DNA of 64,000 bases, taken from assembly GCA_002839855.1 (NCBI GenBank), contig PGYV01000002.1, positions 203,125 through 267,124 on the forward strand, in the 5' to 3' direction. Source of the stretch: Candidatus Goldiibacteriota bacterium HGW-Goldbacteria-1. GTDB taxonomy: Bacteria; Oederibacteriota; PGYV01. Numbering within the stretch: the first letter of the stretch is position 1; every line of letters begins with the position of its first letter. The position numbers were made by a program, and so were the translations under genes. The notes below the pieces were generated by a model. That model did no database searches. It was not told the DNA's origin and saw only the letters and a list, made by a program, of their open reading frames with translations. This document shows positions 26,114 through 37,001 of this stretch, in pieces.

Positions 26114-27691
26114 ATGAAAAAAAAGCAATTGCTTGTGTTATTATCTGTTATTTTTCTTTTTGTTTTTATATCCTGCAGTAAAAAAGCAAGCCCCACATCT
26201 CCTGTAGCCGAACCTACAACACCTCCCGTTTCAGCTACTGTAACTGAAACTGATTTGGGCACGTTAACAGCAACCCCGACTGTTACAATTACAGCGCCGG
26301 ACGCAACTGTTACCGTTACATCAACCCTTCCGGAAAACACACGGACGGCAACAGCCACATTAACGGCATCACCGACTTTAACCGCAACCGATATCATACT
26401 ATCCTCAACTGCAAGCGCGACTGCCACGGCAACATTAACAGCAACCGATATCATACCGTCCTCAACGCCAAGCGCGACTGCCACGGCAACACTCCCTGAA
26501 AATACCTATACTTCTACCGTGACACAGACCGCGACAGGTACTTTAACGGGGACAATGACAAATACGATGACGCTTACCGATACAATAGAAGAAACACCCA
26601 CTTTAACAGCCACAATTACAATCACGCCCACTGCCACGGTAACCGTCACTTTGACAGCCACTCCTTTGCCTGTATGGGCTGATTTTGGGACAAATCCCGT
26701 AAGTTCAGATATGGGCGGCATGCCTGTTTTAAGAAATTACAGTTCGCAGTTCTACCTTTTATATATTGACGGCGCGCAGGGCGGAAAATTAAGCGCAAAG
26801 TATCATAATGGATTTGCCTGGGGTTCAGCAGGCGACGGAATATCGTCGGATGTGGCGTCCTATCCAAGCATGGAATTAAGTTCCGGCGATATGTACTGCG
26901 CTTACGCGCAGCTTGGCAAAGTATATTTCAAAAGAAAGCTTGCTTTAACCTGGCAGGCGGAATATCAGATATCGGACGGCAATGCAAATTATCCGGATAT
27001 TTTTGTTTACAGCGGCACAAGCCAGTATATATCATACAGGGATGAATACGGGGCTGCTGCGGGAAAAGCTTCGCTTAAGACAGGGCAGGGAAGCGCGTGG
27101 TCGCTTGTCGGCCTTTCGGGATTCAACACGGTTGCGGTAAAAGATACGGACGTTGTTGTAGCATCTGGCGCTGTGCCTTATGTGGCGTGCCAGGAAGAAA
27201 CCGGAAATGTTCTGGGCAAAGTGGAGGTAATGACATACAACGGCGCGTCCTGGTCACAGGTTGGCACCACAATTACCGCGCGCACCGGATGTAATATAGA
27301 TATGGTTTACGGCGGCGGTTATTTATACCTTGCTTACGCCGCGCCGCAGAGCCCTTATCCCGTGCAGGTAATAAGATCAAGCGGGGGTGCATGGACGCCG
27401 GTGGGCGGAATTGTAAATAATGTAGAGGCAGCGGATATATCCCTTTCGTATGATGTATATCAGGGAACCATTAATGTGGCCTTTACGGATGTTTCATCTT
27501 CCAATTCAGGCAAGGCGTTTGCATGGAACGGCGTTTCATGGAACCAGATAGGCGGCATATTCAATGATAATATTAGCACCAGCAGCGCAATTTTCCCGTC
27601 GCTTAATGTTTATAACGGAGTTCCGTATGTGGCCTTTAAGGATACAGGAACCCTGCATAACGGGAAGATTGTGACAAGAGTATACCGATAG
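26114..27691 (+). CDS. Secreted lipoprotein with a Thr-rich tandem-repeat linker and a C-terminal roughly 330-aa domain of unknown function
   Basis: Signal 'LLVLLSVIFLFVFISC'. The roughly 60-nt tandem DNA repeat 'gcgactgccacggcaacattaacagcaaccgatatcata..tcctcaac' occurs twice. The antisense ORFs 26005..26484 and 26506..26721 are artefacts of the repeat. Confidence 0.6.
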   Translation: MKKKQLLVLLSVIFLFVFISCSKKASPTSPVAEPTTPPVSATVTETDLGTLTATPTVTITAPDATVTVTSTLPENTRTATATLTASPTLTATDIILSSTASATATATLTATDIIPSSTPSATATATLPENTYTSTVTQTATGTLTGTMTNTMTLTDTIEETPTLTATITITPTATVTVTLTATPLPVWADFGTNPVSSDMGGMPVLRNYSSQFYLLYIDGAQGGKLSAKYHNGFAWGSAGDGISSDVASYPSMELSSGDMYCAYAQLGKVYFKRKLALTWQAEYQISDGNANYPDIFVYSGTSQYISYRDEYGAAAGKASLKTGQGSAWSLVGLSGFNTVAVKDTDVVVASGAVPYVACQEETGNVLGKVEVMTYNGASWSQVGTTITARTGCNIDMVYGGGYLYLAYAAPQSPYPVQVIRSSGGAWTPVGGIVNNVEAADISLSYDVYQGTINVAFTDVSSSNSGKAFAWNGVSWNQIGGIFNDNISTSSAIFPSLNVYNGVPYVAFKDTGTLHNGKIVTRVYR

Positions 27692-27898
27692 ATTAAAATG
27701 CGTAATAAAGGCCAAACAAGTTCATTTTATATATGTTGTTTTCCGTAAAGCCAAATTTGAATTTCAGGCCGGCTTGTATTTTTTGATTATTAATAATTAT
27801 AAATATCGGCCGTTTTAAAAATCAAACTTGACAAAATACTTTGGCTGTGTTTTCATATTAAAACGGGTAATTAAAACGGTCAATATGGAGGATTTTTT

Positions 27899-28297
27899 AT
27901 GCATAAAAAAATATTTCTGCTTTTTATAGCGCTCTTACTTATTGCTTTTATGGGCGTTGGATGCAAAGGCAAAAGGTCGGTAAGGGTTGTAATTGAACAC
28001 CCGTACTGGTGGGAAGCGAACATGATTAAGGGAGACACACTTACGCCAAATTTTTCTGATAATGAGACCAGAACATATCAGCTTGGTGATTATAAGTCCA
28101 AACTTACCGTTAAAGCGTGGCAGACTGACGCTGATCCAAATACCAAGCAGGCAAGGCTTTACATAAAAATAATAGAAGATTACGCGCCGGGATTTCTGTA
28201 TCTTGAATCTTCGGAAGTGAAAGATGAAATATCAACTGAAGAACATATGTTTCCCATACAGGCAATGTATGATTTTGGCAGCAAGGATAACGAATAA
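27899..28297 (+). CDS. Hypothetical lipoprotein
   Basis: 'FMGVGCKGK' lipobox. An RBS GGAGG lies upstream. Confidence 0.4.
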   Translation: MHKKIFLLFIALLLIAFMGVGCKGKRSVRVVIEHPYWWEANMIKGDTLTPNFSDNETRTYQLGDYKSKLTVKAWQTDADPNTKQARLYIKIIEDYAPGFLYLESSEVKDEISTEEHMFPIQAMYDFGSKDNE

Positions 28298-28383
28298 CCT
28301 TTTAAAATAACGCTAAAACGGGTTGACTATTGGATTTTTTCATGTTATTTTGGATGTCAATTATTTAATTTCAGGAGGATTTT

Positions 28384-28875
28384 ATGAAAAGACGCGCTGT
28401 CGCGCTGTTTCTTGCGCTTACTATTCTTGTAGTTCCGGCTTCCGCAATTTTTGCGGCAAATGATTATGTAATTGATGAAGTGGTAATTGAACCCAAAGAC
28501 CCGATTTTAGCGACTGTTGTCGCTTTTGGGCCCGGGCTTTTAGTCCACGGCTGGGGGCAGTTTTACAGCGAAAATTATAAAATGGGGCTTTTATTCACGG
28601 GAATAGAGATATTATCAATAGGCGCAATGACTTTTGGATATATTCAGAACACTAATCCGGAAATGCTCCGTATATACGGCGGAAATTTAGATGAAGTAAG
28701 AAGGGGCGGAGCCCTTGTATTTGCTTTTGGAATCGCGATGTTTCTTGGAACATGGCTTGCCGACATAGTGCTTGCCGGGCCTGCCGCGGAACAGTACAAT
28801 AAAGAACACAATCTGGAGTTCAGGCTTCAGCAGGAATCGTACGCGCCGTCCCTGATGTATTCATATAAATTCTAA
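28384..28875 (+). CDS. Hypothetical secreted/membrane protein
   Basis: Signal peptide plus 2-3 TM helices. An RBS AGGAGG lies upstream. Confidence 0.4.
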   Translation: MKRRAVALFLALTILVVPASAIFAANDYVIDEVVIEPKDPILATVVAFGPGLLVHGWGQFYSENYKMGLLFTGIEILSIGAMTFGYIQNTNPEMLRIYGGNLDEVRRGGALVFAFGIAMFLGTWLADIVLAGPAAEQYNKEHNLEFRLQQESYAPSLMYSYKF

Positions 28876-28965
28876 TTATTAACTGTAATTTAAAATAATA
28901 ATAAAAGACGGCCCCGCTTAACTGCGGCGCCGTCTTTTACATTTAAAAAAGGAAGTGGTAAAGAA

Positions 28966-30729
28966 ATGATAAAAAGGTCGGTTTATTGCGGTGAAATTAA
29001 CGAAAAGCAGATAGGGCAGCAGGTTTCCATAAACGCGTGGCTTGGAACAAGGCGTGACCACGGCGGCGTAATATTTTTTGACATGCGCGACAGGACAGGC
29101 ATAGTACAGGTGGTCTTTGATCCGGAAGCGGACGCGGCGCTTCATGAAAGCGCGCATAAATTAAGAAGCGAATTTGTGCTTGCGATAACCGGTAAAGTGC
29201 GTTTAAGGCCGGAAGGCACGCAGAATAAAAGGATTCCCACGGGAATGATAGAAGTGCTTGCGGAAAAACTGGAAGTGTTAAATGAATCAAAGCCGCTTCC
29301 GTTTATGATAGAAGATGACGCCGAAGTAAGCGAAGAAATACGCCTGCAGTACAGGTACCTTGATTTAAGAAGGCCCAAGATACAGAAGAACCTGATAATA
29401 AGGCACAAAGTGTGCGAAATTACCCGCAACTATTTAAATAACGGCGGCTTTATAGAAGTGGAAACGCCTATGCTTATTAAAAGCACCCCTGAAGGCGCAA
29501 GGGATTACCTTGTACCAAGCAGGGTAAACGAAGGCAAATTCTTCGCGCTGCCGCAGTCGCCGCAGACCTTAAAACAGATTCTTATGGTATCGGGTTTGGA
29601 TAAATACTATCAGATAGTAAAGTGTTTCAGGGATGAAGATTTAAGGGCTGACCGCCAGCCGGAATTCACTCAGATAGACCTTGAAATGTCATTCGTGGAC
29701 GAGCAGGACGTAATGGATGTCACCGAAGGTATTGTACAAAGTGTTTTTAACGGCGTGAAAGGCACAAACTTAAGCGGCCATTTTACAAAGATGCCTTATG
29801 ATGAAGCCATGGAAAAATACGGCAATGACAAACCCGACACAAGGTTTGAAATGCATTTAAAAACCGTGTCCGATATTTTTAAAGGGTCGGATTTTAAAGT
29901 GTTTGCCGGTGTGATAGAAAAAGGCGGAGTGGTAAAATCCATAAACTTTAAAGGCGCGGGAGAGAAGCTTTCAAGAAAAGAAATAGATGACCTTGTGGCA
30001 TACGCGCAGAAATGCGGCGCGTCCGGAATGGCGTGGATACGTTTTGCGGATAAGCCTGAATCGCCCATTGTTAAATTTCTTGGCGATGAGCGCATAGAAA
30101 TGATAAAGAAAGAGATGAACGTTGAAAAAGGCGACATCACATTCTTTATAGCCGATAAATTCGAGGCGGCCAATGATGTCCTTAGCAGGGTAAGGCTTCA
30201 CATAGGAAAAAAATACGGCTTCATTGATGAAAATAAATTTAACTTTCTGTGGGTAACGGATTTCCCCATGTTCGCGTTTAACGAGCAGGAAAACCGCCTT
30301 GATGCCAACCACCATCCGTTTACAACCGTAAAGGATGAAGACGCGCATCTATTGGACACTGACCCGGTAAATTCCAAGGCAAAAGCGTATGACCTTATAT
30401 TAAACGGCACGGAAATAGGCGGGGGAAGCATAAGGATTCACAGGCGCGACCTTCAGAGCAAGATTTTCACGCTGCTTAAAATAAGCGAAGAAGACGCAAA
30501 GATGAAATTCGGATTCCTTCTTGAAGCGCTTGAATTCGGCGCGCCGCCTCACGGCGGCCTGGCATTGGGGCTGGACAGGCTTATAATGATTCTTACCGGC
30601 AGCCAGTCAATAAGGGACGTTATAGCGTTCCCCAAAACCCAGAAAGCGCAGTGCCTTTTAACTGACGCACCGGGCGAAGTGGACTTAAAACAGTTAAAAG
30701 AGCTTCACATAAAAATAGTCCAGGAATAA
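28966..30729 (+). CDS. aspS: Aspartate--tRNA ligase
   Basis: Class II aaRS motifs '[18 protein letters not shown]', '[13 protein letters not shown]' and '[16 protein letters not shown]'. Confidence 0.95.
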   Translation: MIKRSVYCGEINEKQIGQQVSINAWLGTRRDHGGVIFFDMRDRTGIVQVVFDPEADAALHESAHKLRSEFVLAITGKVRLRPEGTQNKRIPTGMIEVLAEKLEVLNESKPLPFMIEDDAEVSEEIRLQYRYLDLRRPKIQKNLIIRHKVCEITRNYLNNGGFIEVETPMLIKSTPEGARDYLVPSRVNEGKFFALPQSPQTLKQILMVSGLDKYYQIVKCFRDEDLRADRQPEFTQIDLEMSFVDEQDVMDVTEGIVQSVFNGVKGTNLSGHFTKMPYDEAMEKYGNDKPDTRFEMHLKTVSDIFKGSDFKVFAGVIEKGGVVKSINFKGAGEKLSRKEIDDLVAYAQKCGASGMAWIRFADKPESPIVKFLGDERIEMIKKEMNVEKGDITFFIADKFEAANDVLSRVRLHIGKKYGFIDENKFNFLWVTDFPMFAFNEQENRLDANHHPFTTVKDEDAHLLDTDPVNSKAKAYDLILNGTEIGGGSIRIHRRDLQSKIFTLLKISEEDAKMKFGFLLEALEFGAPPHGGLALGLDRLIMILTGSQSIRDVIAFPKTQKAQCLLTDAPGEVDLKQLKELHIKIVQE

Positions 30730-30753
30730 ATATAGTTCCTTTAAACGGTTAAA

Positions 30754-30790
30754 CAGGGGGCGCTTATGGCGCTCCCTGTTTGGTTTTACC
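30754..30790 (+). terminator. Rho-independent terminator after aspS
   Basis: AAACAGGGGGCGC-ttatg-GCGCTCCCTGTTT followed by GGTTTT. Confidence 0.75.
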
Positions 30791-30891
30791 CTTAAAATAA
30801 CGCTTTTACCTTATACCTCTTGACATATGCTTATATTATGTTAAGATTTTTATTGTTGGGTAATGTTATTAAAAAAGGGAAAAGGATTTTT

Positions 30892-31602
30892 ATGAAAAAA
30901 CTGTATGTTTTACTGGCTTTTCTTGTTTTTGCCTTAAACATACCGGTATATTCCGCCGGCGGCAGTACAGTTGACATAATTAATGAAAAAGTTCAGGAAA
31001 AGCTTGATGCCATAAAGAAAGCCGGCGATAAAGGCGGCGCTTTTGTTGAAGAAATAAAGATTGATAAATCAAAAGCAAAGCAGCAGGTTCAGGCAGCAGA
31101 GCCGGTAAATTATGAAATGGGCAATCTGGCGGCAATGAATATTGTGGGCGGCTTTTTTGAAGGCGCAATAGCAGGGGCCGGCTGCGGGCTTATAGGTTAC
31201 GGGCAGACAAAAAACATGGATATAAATCCGCTTGTAAACGGGGCAATTATAGGCGCGGTTTCAGGCGCGGTTTTGGCATCAGTTCTTTCAATCGCACAGG
31301 TGCAGACAAAAAAATATTACGCGTCAGATGATTATGGAATAAACACAGCGGTCTGGACGCTGCTTGGAAGCGCAATAGGCGCGTCCGGCGGCGCTTTGTC
31401 TTATGCTTCAACAAAACAGACGGAAAAAATAACAGAAGGCGCGGGTTATGGCGCGGCAATAGGCGCTTTATCCGGAATAATATTATCCACCGTGGAATTT
31501 TTTATGCCGGAAAATTTAAGAGGCAAAGTATATAAAGGCCACGCAATAAGGCAGATACCCGTAGTCGACGGTTTTGCTATGGCTTTTACGGCGGAGTATT
31601 AA
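30892..31602 (+). CDS. Gly/Ala-rich (glycine-zipper) secreted membrane-associated protein
   Basis: Signal 'LYVLLAFLVFALNIPVYSA'. Repeated 'GAIAGAGCGLIGYG' and 'GAIIGAVSGAVLASVL' segments. Confidence 0.45.
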   Translation: MKKLYVLLAFLVFALNIPVYSAGGSTVDIINEKVQEKLDAIKKAGDKGGAFVEEIKIDKSKAKQQVQAAEPVNYEMGNLAAMNIVGGFFEGAIAGAGCGLIGYGQTKNMDINPLVNGAIIGAVSGAVLASVLSIAQVQTKKYYASDDYGINTAVWTLLGSAIGASGGALSYASTKQTEKITEGAGYGAAIGALSGIILSTVEFFMPENLRGKVYKGHAIRQIPVVDGFAMAFTAEY

Positions 31603-31604
31603 TT

Positions 31605-31967
31605 ATGAAAAAAACATTAATGATTCTTATAATTGCAGCAATGTTTTGCGTGCCGGTATCTGCGGGTGAAATTGCCAATACTGTTGCTGTGGACACTTTA
31701 ATAGGATTTTCTGCGGGAGCCGCAATAGGCGCGTTAACCGCTATTGCGCCTTACAGCGAAGGCAATAACATTGCTGTGTTTGCGGCGGGCGGCGGAATAG
31801 GCGCGCTTGCAGGCGCGGGAGCGGGCCTTGCTGTTGGAATCTGGCACGCAATTTACAACGCGCAGAATAAACCGCCGGAAAGAACCGGTAATCTGCAGGG
31901 CGATATTAATATAAGTTATGAAAATAAATCAGACTATTATGGTATAAGGCTGACAAAATCATTTTGA
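31605..31967 (+). CDS. Gly/Ala-rich glycine-zipper protein (paralogous to the upstream gene)
   Basis: 'GFSAGAAIGALTAIAPY' and 'FAAGGGIGALAGAGAGLAVGIW'. Confidence 0.45.
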   Translation: MKKTLMILIIAAMFCVPVSAGEIANTVAVDTLIGFSAGAAIGALTAIAPYSEGNNIAVFAAGGGIGALAGAGAGLAVGIWHAIYNAQNKPPERTGNLQGDINISYENKSDYYGIRLTKSF

Positions 31968-31979
31968 GGAGGTAAGAGC

Positions 31980-32417
31980 ATGAAGGTATTAAGACTTGCG
32001 GTTTTAGCGGTAATTGCATTTGCACTAGTTTTCACGGTAGGGTGCGCGGCTAAACAGACAGTTAAGCCCGACACAACAGACGCTATAGACACATCAGCGT
32101 CAGCAGATGTAGAAGAAGCTGCAACAGCGGTTCCGACAAAGGTATCGGTTCAGAAGTATGTTGTTAAGAAAGGCGATACTCTGTGGGATATTTCATCAAT
32201 GAACAAAATCTACACCGACAATTTCCAGTGGCCGCTTCTTTTTAAGGCAAACAGGGACCAGATTGAAGACCCGGATTTAATTGAAGTAGACCAGGAACTT
32301 ATCGTTAAAAAGGACTGGAGCAAATCTGAAGTTAATGACGCAAGGCAGAAGGCTATGGATACACCGCCTTTCAAGCCGCACACTTCTGCAAGGAAGACGC
32401 TGCCTTTAAGGTATTAA
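31980..32417 (+). CDS. LysM-domain lipoprotein
   Basis: Lipobox 'FTVGCAA'. LysM 'YVVKKGDTLWDISSMNKIYTDNFQWPLLFKANRDQIEDPDLIEVDQELIV'. Confidence 0.7.
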   Translation: MKVLRLAVLAVIAFALVFTVGCAAKQTVKPDTTDAIDTSASADVEEAATAVPTKVSVQKYVVKKGDTLWDISSMNKIYTDNFQWPLLFKANRDQIEDPDLIEVDQELIVKKDWSKSEVNDARQKAMDTPPFKPHTSARKTLPLRY

Positions 32418-32447
32418 TTTTTTTAAGCAGGAATCGGATGGCCAAAG

Positions 32448-33428
32448 TTGCTTGATTCAAAAAAGATAAATGTCAATATGCACAAAGAAGCGCTCTTTAA
32501 CCTGTATGGTATTGCTGATGAAAACCTTAGGTTTATGGAAAGGATTCTTGGCGTTGAAATAGTCGGCAGAAATGACGTGATTATTATCAATGGCAGAAGA
32601 AAAGACATAAGCCGCGCCGAACGCGTTATTGAACGGTTAAAGAAATACGCGGAAGGCGGAAAAGCGGTTTCCAGATTACTGGTTGAAGAGACTGTTGAAA
32701 ATGACAAAGCAGGCGGCAGGGAAACGGTGCCGGAAGCAGACGCAAAGCATATAAAAAGCTCCGGGCTTCTTGTTTCAAGCAAAAGGGACCTTGTAAGGCC
32801 AAAGACAAAGAATCAGGAAAGTTATATACAGTCAATTTTTGATAATCAGATAGTATTTGGTATCGGGCCCGCGGGAACCGGCAAGACTTATCTTGCCACT
32901 GCCGCGGGCCTTTACTTTCTTCGGGAAAAACTGGTGGAAAGAATTGTCCTTGTAAGGCCGGTGGTGGAAGCGGGGGAAAACCTTGGCTTTTTACCCGGTG
33001 ATTTAAAGGAAAAGATAGACCCGTATTTAAGGCCTTTGTTTGACGCTATTTATGACATGATAGAGCCAAGAATATTTCACGAACTGGTGGAAAGCGAAAT
33101 CATAGAAGTGGCCCCGCTGGCATACATGAGGGGCAGGACTTTAAATAAGTCATTTGTAATACTTGACGAGGCGCAGAACACAACTGTGGACCAGATGAAG
33201 ATGTTTTTAACCAGGACAGGCAATGATTCCAAACTGGTTATTACAGGCGATGTCACGCAAATTGACCTGCCTGTGGGCAAAAAGTCAGGGCTTATCCACG
33301 CAACAGAGATATTTCAGGGAATGCAGGACATAAAGTTTTCTTATTTCGGGACAGAAGATGTTTCCAGGGCGGAAGTTGTTAAAAGAATCCTGGACGCCTA
33401 CGAAAAGTACGATAAAAATGAAAAGTAA
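32448..33428 (+). CDS. PhoH-like ATPase
   Basis: Walker A 'GPAGTGKTYLA' and 'ILDEAQNTT'. TTG start per the ORF track; the start is uncertain. Confidence 0.85.
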   Translation: MLDSKKINVNMHKEALFNLYGIADENLRFMERILGVEIVGRNDVIIINGRRKDISRAERVIERLKKYAEGGKAVSRLLVEETVENDKAGGRETVPEADAKHIKSSGLLVSSKRDLVRPKTKNQESYIQSIFDNQIVFGIGPAGTGKTYLATAAGLYFLREKLVERIVLVRPVVEAGENLGFLPGDLKEKIDPYLRPLFDAIYDMIEPRIFHELVESEIIEVAPLAYMRGRTLNKSFVILDEAQNTTVDQMKMFLTRTGNDSKLVITGDVTQIDLPVGKKSGLIHATEIFQGMQDIKFSYFGTEDVSRAEVVKRILDAYEKYDKNEK

Positions 33429-33837
33429 TCCAGGCATAGAAGTTTTTTACAAAAAAAAGGTGGATGCCGGATTTGATATAATAAAGGCCGCCGAAAAGAT
33501 TATTTTATCTGAAAAAAAGCCGGGCATACAGGCGAATATTATTTTTGTAAGCGATGCTTTTATAAAAGAAATGAACCTTAATTACCGGATGAAAAACAGT
33601 AAAACCGATGTTATATCTTTTGAAAACGGCAGCGGCGGTGACATTTATATTTCCGTTGATACCGCAAAGACAGACGCCGCGGAGCTTGGCATAACCTTAA
33701 GCGAGGAAATTTTAAGGCTTTTAATTCACGGACTGCTGCATATAATGGGATATGACCACATTAAATATAATGACTATAAAAAGATGTATGTTAAGGAAAA
33801 AAAGTACCTTGAATTTTTCAAAAAAAAAGGAGTTTAA
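33418..33837 (+). CDS. ybeY: Endoribonuclease YbeY (rRNA maturation factor)
   Basis: Zn-binding 'HGLLHIMGYDH'. The start codon overlaps the phoH end, which is the typical phoH-ybeY-corC arrangement. Confidence 0.85.
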   Translation: MKSNPGIEVFYKKKVDAGFDIIKAAEKIILSEKKPGIQANIIFVSDAFIKEMNLNYRMKNSKTDVISFENGSGGDIYISVDTAKTDAAELGITLSEEILRLLIHGLLHIMGYDHIKYNDYKKMYVKEKKYLEFFKKKGV

Positions 33838-35154
33838 ATGGAAATAGCCGCTCAGTTTCAGCTTTATATAATAATCCTGCTTTTTTTTGTTGCTGCCACT
33901 CTGTCAGTCGCGGAAACCGCGTTAATAGGCATGAGCAGGATAAAAATAATTGCGCACATTAAGAATAATCACCCAAAGGCAAAATATTTAAAGGTTTGGA
34001 TGGCAGACCCCAATAAACTGCTGGCCACGCTTTCCATCTGCGTAAATGCAGTTGCTATAACCACTTCCACCATCGGCGCTTTTTTATCAATGAAACTTGC
34101 GGAGGTGACAGGGTTTGACGCGGCGCTGGTTGCGACCCTTACGGCCGGCATAATAACATTTATAATAATAATTTTCGGCGAAATTACGCCTAAGATTTTT
34201 GCTATTCACAATACCGAAAAACTTGGGCTTCTGCTGGTGGGTCCTATTGTTTTTTTATTCAGGATACTGAAACCTATCACCGAACTTTTTGTAAAAATAA
34301 GCAACCTTACCATTAAAATACTGGGGGGCAAATCTTCTTCCAGCATACCTGTGATTTCCGGGAAAGATATTGACACCGTAATAGACGTCAGCATGGAAGC
34401 CGGAGTTATAAACGAACAGGAAAAATCCATGATGCAGAACATCCTTGAAATTAAAGACACCCAGGTGAAACATATAATGGTGCCAAGGACAAAAATGGTG
34501 GGTATTGACATCACATGGGACGTGGATAAAATAATTGATGTTATTGTTGAAGACGGGTATTCGCGCGTGCCTGTGTTTAAAGAAAACTACGACAACATTG
34601 TGGGCATTGTTTACGTTAAAGACATGCTTACAATGATTAAAAACCGCGGGCTTATAATTTTTCACGACCTTATAAGGATGCCTTATTTTGTCCCGGAATC
34701 CAAAAACATAGGCGAACTTTTTAAGGAATTTAAAAAAGGAAAGATGCACATGGCGATTGTTGTGGATGAATTCGGAGGCACTTCCGGGCTTATTACCATA
34801 GAGGATATCCTTGAAGAAATAGTGGGGGAAATAAAGGATGAATATGACGTAGAAGAACCGCAGTTCAGAAAACTGGCGGAAAATTCCTATGAAGTGGACG
34901 GGCTTGCCGAAATAACAAGGTTAAACAGGGATTTATCCATAGATATTCCGCTTGAAGAAGATGTAAATACTGTGGCGGGTTTTGTTATGGCGCTTTTTGG
35001 AAGGGTTCCCAAAAAAGGGGAAAAAGCGGATTTTGGAAATATTTCTTTTACGGTGCTTAAAAGCGACGCCAAGAAAGTGGAATTATTAAAAATGGATATC
35101 ACGCCTCAAATAGCGGCGGCTGAACCCAAGGCAGACGAAGGGGTAAAAGGATAA
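33838..35154 (+). CDS. HlyC/CorC family transporter (DUF21-CBS-CorC)
   Basis: N-terminal 4-TM DUF21, CBS pair 'HIMVPRTKMVGIDI' and C-terminal transporter-associated domain. Confidence 0.85.
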   Translation: MEIAAQFQLYIIILLFFVAATLSVAETALIGMSRIKIIAHIKNNHPKAKYLKVWMADPNKLLATLSICVNAVAITTSTIGAFLSMKLAEVTGFDAALVATLTAGIITFIIIIFGEITPKIFAIHNTEKLGLLLVGPIVFLFRILKPITELFVKISNLTIKILGGKSSSSIPVISGKDIDTVIDVSMEAGVINEQEKSMMQNILEIKDTQVKHIMVPRTKMVGIDITWDVDKIIDVIVEDGYSRVPVFKENYDNIVGIVYVKDMLTMIKNRGLIIFHDLIRMPYFVPESKNIGELFKEFKKGKMHMAIVVDEFGGTSGLITIEDILEEIVGEIKDEYDVEEPQFRKLAENSYEVDGLAEITRLNRDLSIDIPLEEDVNTVAGFVMALFGRVPKKGEKADFGNISFTVLKSDAKKVELLKMDITPQIAAAEPKADEGVKG

Positions 35155-35157
35155 TTA

Positions 35158-35640
35158 TCAGTTCTTAATAATTTCCAGCACAAAGAAAAACAGCATTATT
35201 AAAGTGGCGGAAAGTTTTAAGGCAATGCCCGCGATAAAACCCACAAAAGTGCCAAAAGAGACCTTCACTGATTTTAAGACTTCTTTTCCGGCTGAAATTT
35301 CCCCGATAAAAGCACCGATAAAAGCCCCTAACAGCATACCCACGGGCGGTAACAGGAAAATTCCCGCAATAGTGCCTGCCGTGGCTCCTATTATGGCGCG
35401 CTTGCTTCCGCCAAACTGTTTCGCGCCCATTATGGAAAAAACATTGTCAAGTATGGATGCTGCAATGGTAAGAATACCCGCTACAATAAGGAAAGCGGTT
35501 GAAAATTCGCCGTACTTTGAAAAGTGAAGGAGTAAGAGCCCCGCGTAAGCCAAAGGCGGCCCTATTAAGACCGGAACCACGCATCCGACAAGCGCCAATA
35601 ACTGTAAGATAGAACCTGCAATTACAAATGTAATATCCAT
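35158..35640 (-). CDS. DUF456-family membrane protein
   Basis: 'CVVPVLIGPPLAYAGLLLLHF' and 4 TM helices. It converges on the corC end. Confidence 0.55.
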   Translation of the reverse strand: MDITFVIAGSILQLLALVGCVVPVLIGPPLAYAGLLLLHFSKYGEFSTAFLIVAGILTIAASILDNVFSIMGAKQFGGSKRAIIGATAGTIAGIFLLPPVGMLLGAFIGAFIGEISAGKEVLKSVKVSFGTFVGFIAGIALKLSATLIMLFFFVLEIIKN

Positions 35641-35756
35641 ATGATTATTTTAATTTGATATGGTAATATTGTAAAGATAATAATAAGTAAAGCGGATGGA
35701 ACCGGAAAGCATACAAAAACGTCTAAATATTAAATAAATCAATGAAGGGTAATAAT

Positions 35757-37001
35757 ATGAAAAATAAAATATTCTGTTTTGTTCTTCTGCCTTTTCTGAT
35801 GTTTCCTGCGTTGCTGCAGGCAGATGTTATTTCGTGGCAGCAGTGCGCGAAAAACGCGCTTGTAAACAGCGGGGATTTGGCCGCGGCAAAAGAGAAACTT
35901 AACAAGGCGCTGGCCGCAAAAAATTCTTCCATATCAAACATACTGCCTTCGGTGAACGCAGGCGCGGGATACAGCAGAAACGCCGGCGGTGAAGGGTTTT
36001 CTTACAGTGTATCAGGCTCGCAGGTTATTTTTCAGGGGTTAAGAAATATATATTCCATACTTGCATCAGATGCGTCGCTGATGGCTGCGCGTGCGGAATA
36101 TGACACTGCTTCGGCGCTTATACGCCATAATTTAAAACTTGCGTATATAGAGGTTTCAAAACAGCAGGAAGCTGAAGGCATAACGAAAATTATAATGGAA
36201 AGAAGAAAGCAGCAGCTGGAACTTGTGGAGTTAAAATATAATTCCGGCAAAGAACACAGGGGCGCTTTTTTAAACGCGCAGGCTTCCATGGCTCAGGCGG
36301 AAGCTGATTACAGGCAGGCAAAAGACCTTCTGGTGCTGGCAAAACTTAAACTGGCAAGGCTGATGGGGTCGGAATTAAACAGCGATTTTACCGTACAACC
36401 GCAGGATGAAGCGCGGGTTTCAATTCCGCAGCCTGACTTTAAAAGCGGCGCGCTTAATACTTCCGGAATAAAGCAGATGCAGGCAAATCTTGAAGCTGCA
36501 AAACACAGGGTGATGGTATCAAGGGCGCAGTTTATGCCTTCTGTTTCGGCGTCCGCAAGCTACGGCAAGTCCGGCAGCAGCTGGTTTCCCCAAAAAGAGA
36601 ACTGGTCGCTTGGGGTGAATATAAGCCTTCCCATTTTGTCAGGCCTTGATAAATTATCGTCGTTATCACAGGCAGAGTCGGACCTAAAGACCGCACAGAT
36701 AGCGCTTGATGACGGGATTAAGGATATGGAGATCAAATTATGGGAAAAATTCATAAGCCTGCAGTCAGCCGCTGACGAAGTAAATGTAAGGGAAAAATCC
36801 GCGTCTGCCATTGAAGAACGGGCGCAGATAGCCGACGCCCAATATCAGACAGGGCTTATGACATTTGACAACTGGGCAATGATACAGGATGACCTTGTAA
36901 ATTCAAGAAAATCCATGCTTGCCGCCGTAGCTTCTTATCACGGCTCGTATTCACAGTGGCTTAATACAATAGGGAGGAAATTAGAAGATGAAGCTGAATA
37001 A
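35757..37001 (+). CDS. TolC-like outer membrane efflux protein
   Basis: Signal peptide and coiled-coil/OEP repeats. First gene of a tolC-macA-macB operon. Confidence 0.75.
   Translation: MKNKIFCFVLLPFLMFPALLQADVISWQQCAKNALVNSGDLAAAKEKLNKALAAKNSSISNILPSVNAGAGYSRNAGGEGFSYSVSGSQVIFQGLRNIYSILASDASLMAARAEYDTASALIRHNLKLAYIEVSKQQEAEGITKIIMERRKQQLELVELKYNSGKEHRGAFLNAQASMAQAEADYRQAKDLLVLAKLKLARLMGSELNSDFTVQPQDEARVSIPQPDFKSGALNTSGIKQMQANLEAAKHRVMVSRAQFMPSVSASASYGKSGSSWFPQKENWSLGVNISLPILSGLDKLSSLSQAESDLKTAQIALDDGIKDMEIKLWEKFISLQSAADEVNVREKSASAIEERAQIADAQYQTGLMTFDNWAMIQDDLVNSRKSMLAAVASYHGSYSQWLNTIGRKLEDEAE

Noticed and set aside
26005-26721. Minus-strand ORFs (159 aa and 71 aa) rich in Val/Ala/Thr
   Set aside because: Antisense of the Thr-codon (ACN) tandem repeats of the 26114 gene. 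Typical artefact of repetitive GC-skewed codons.
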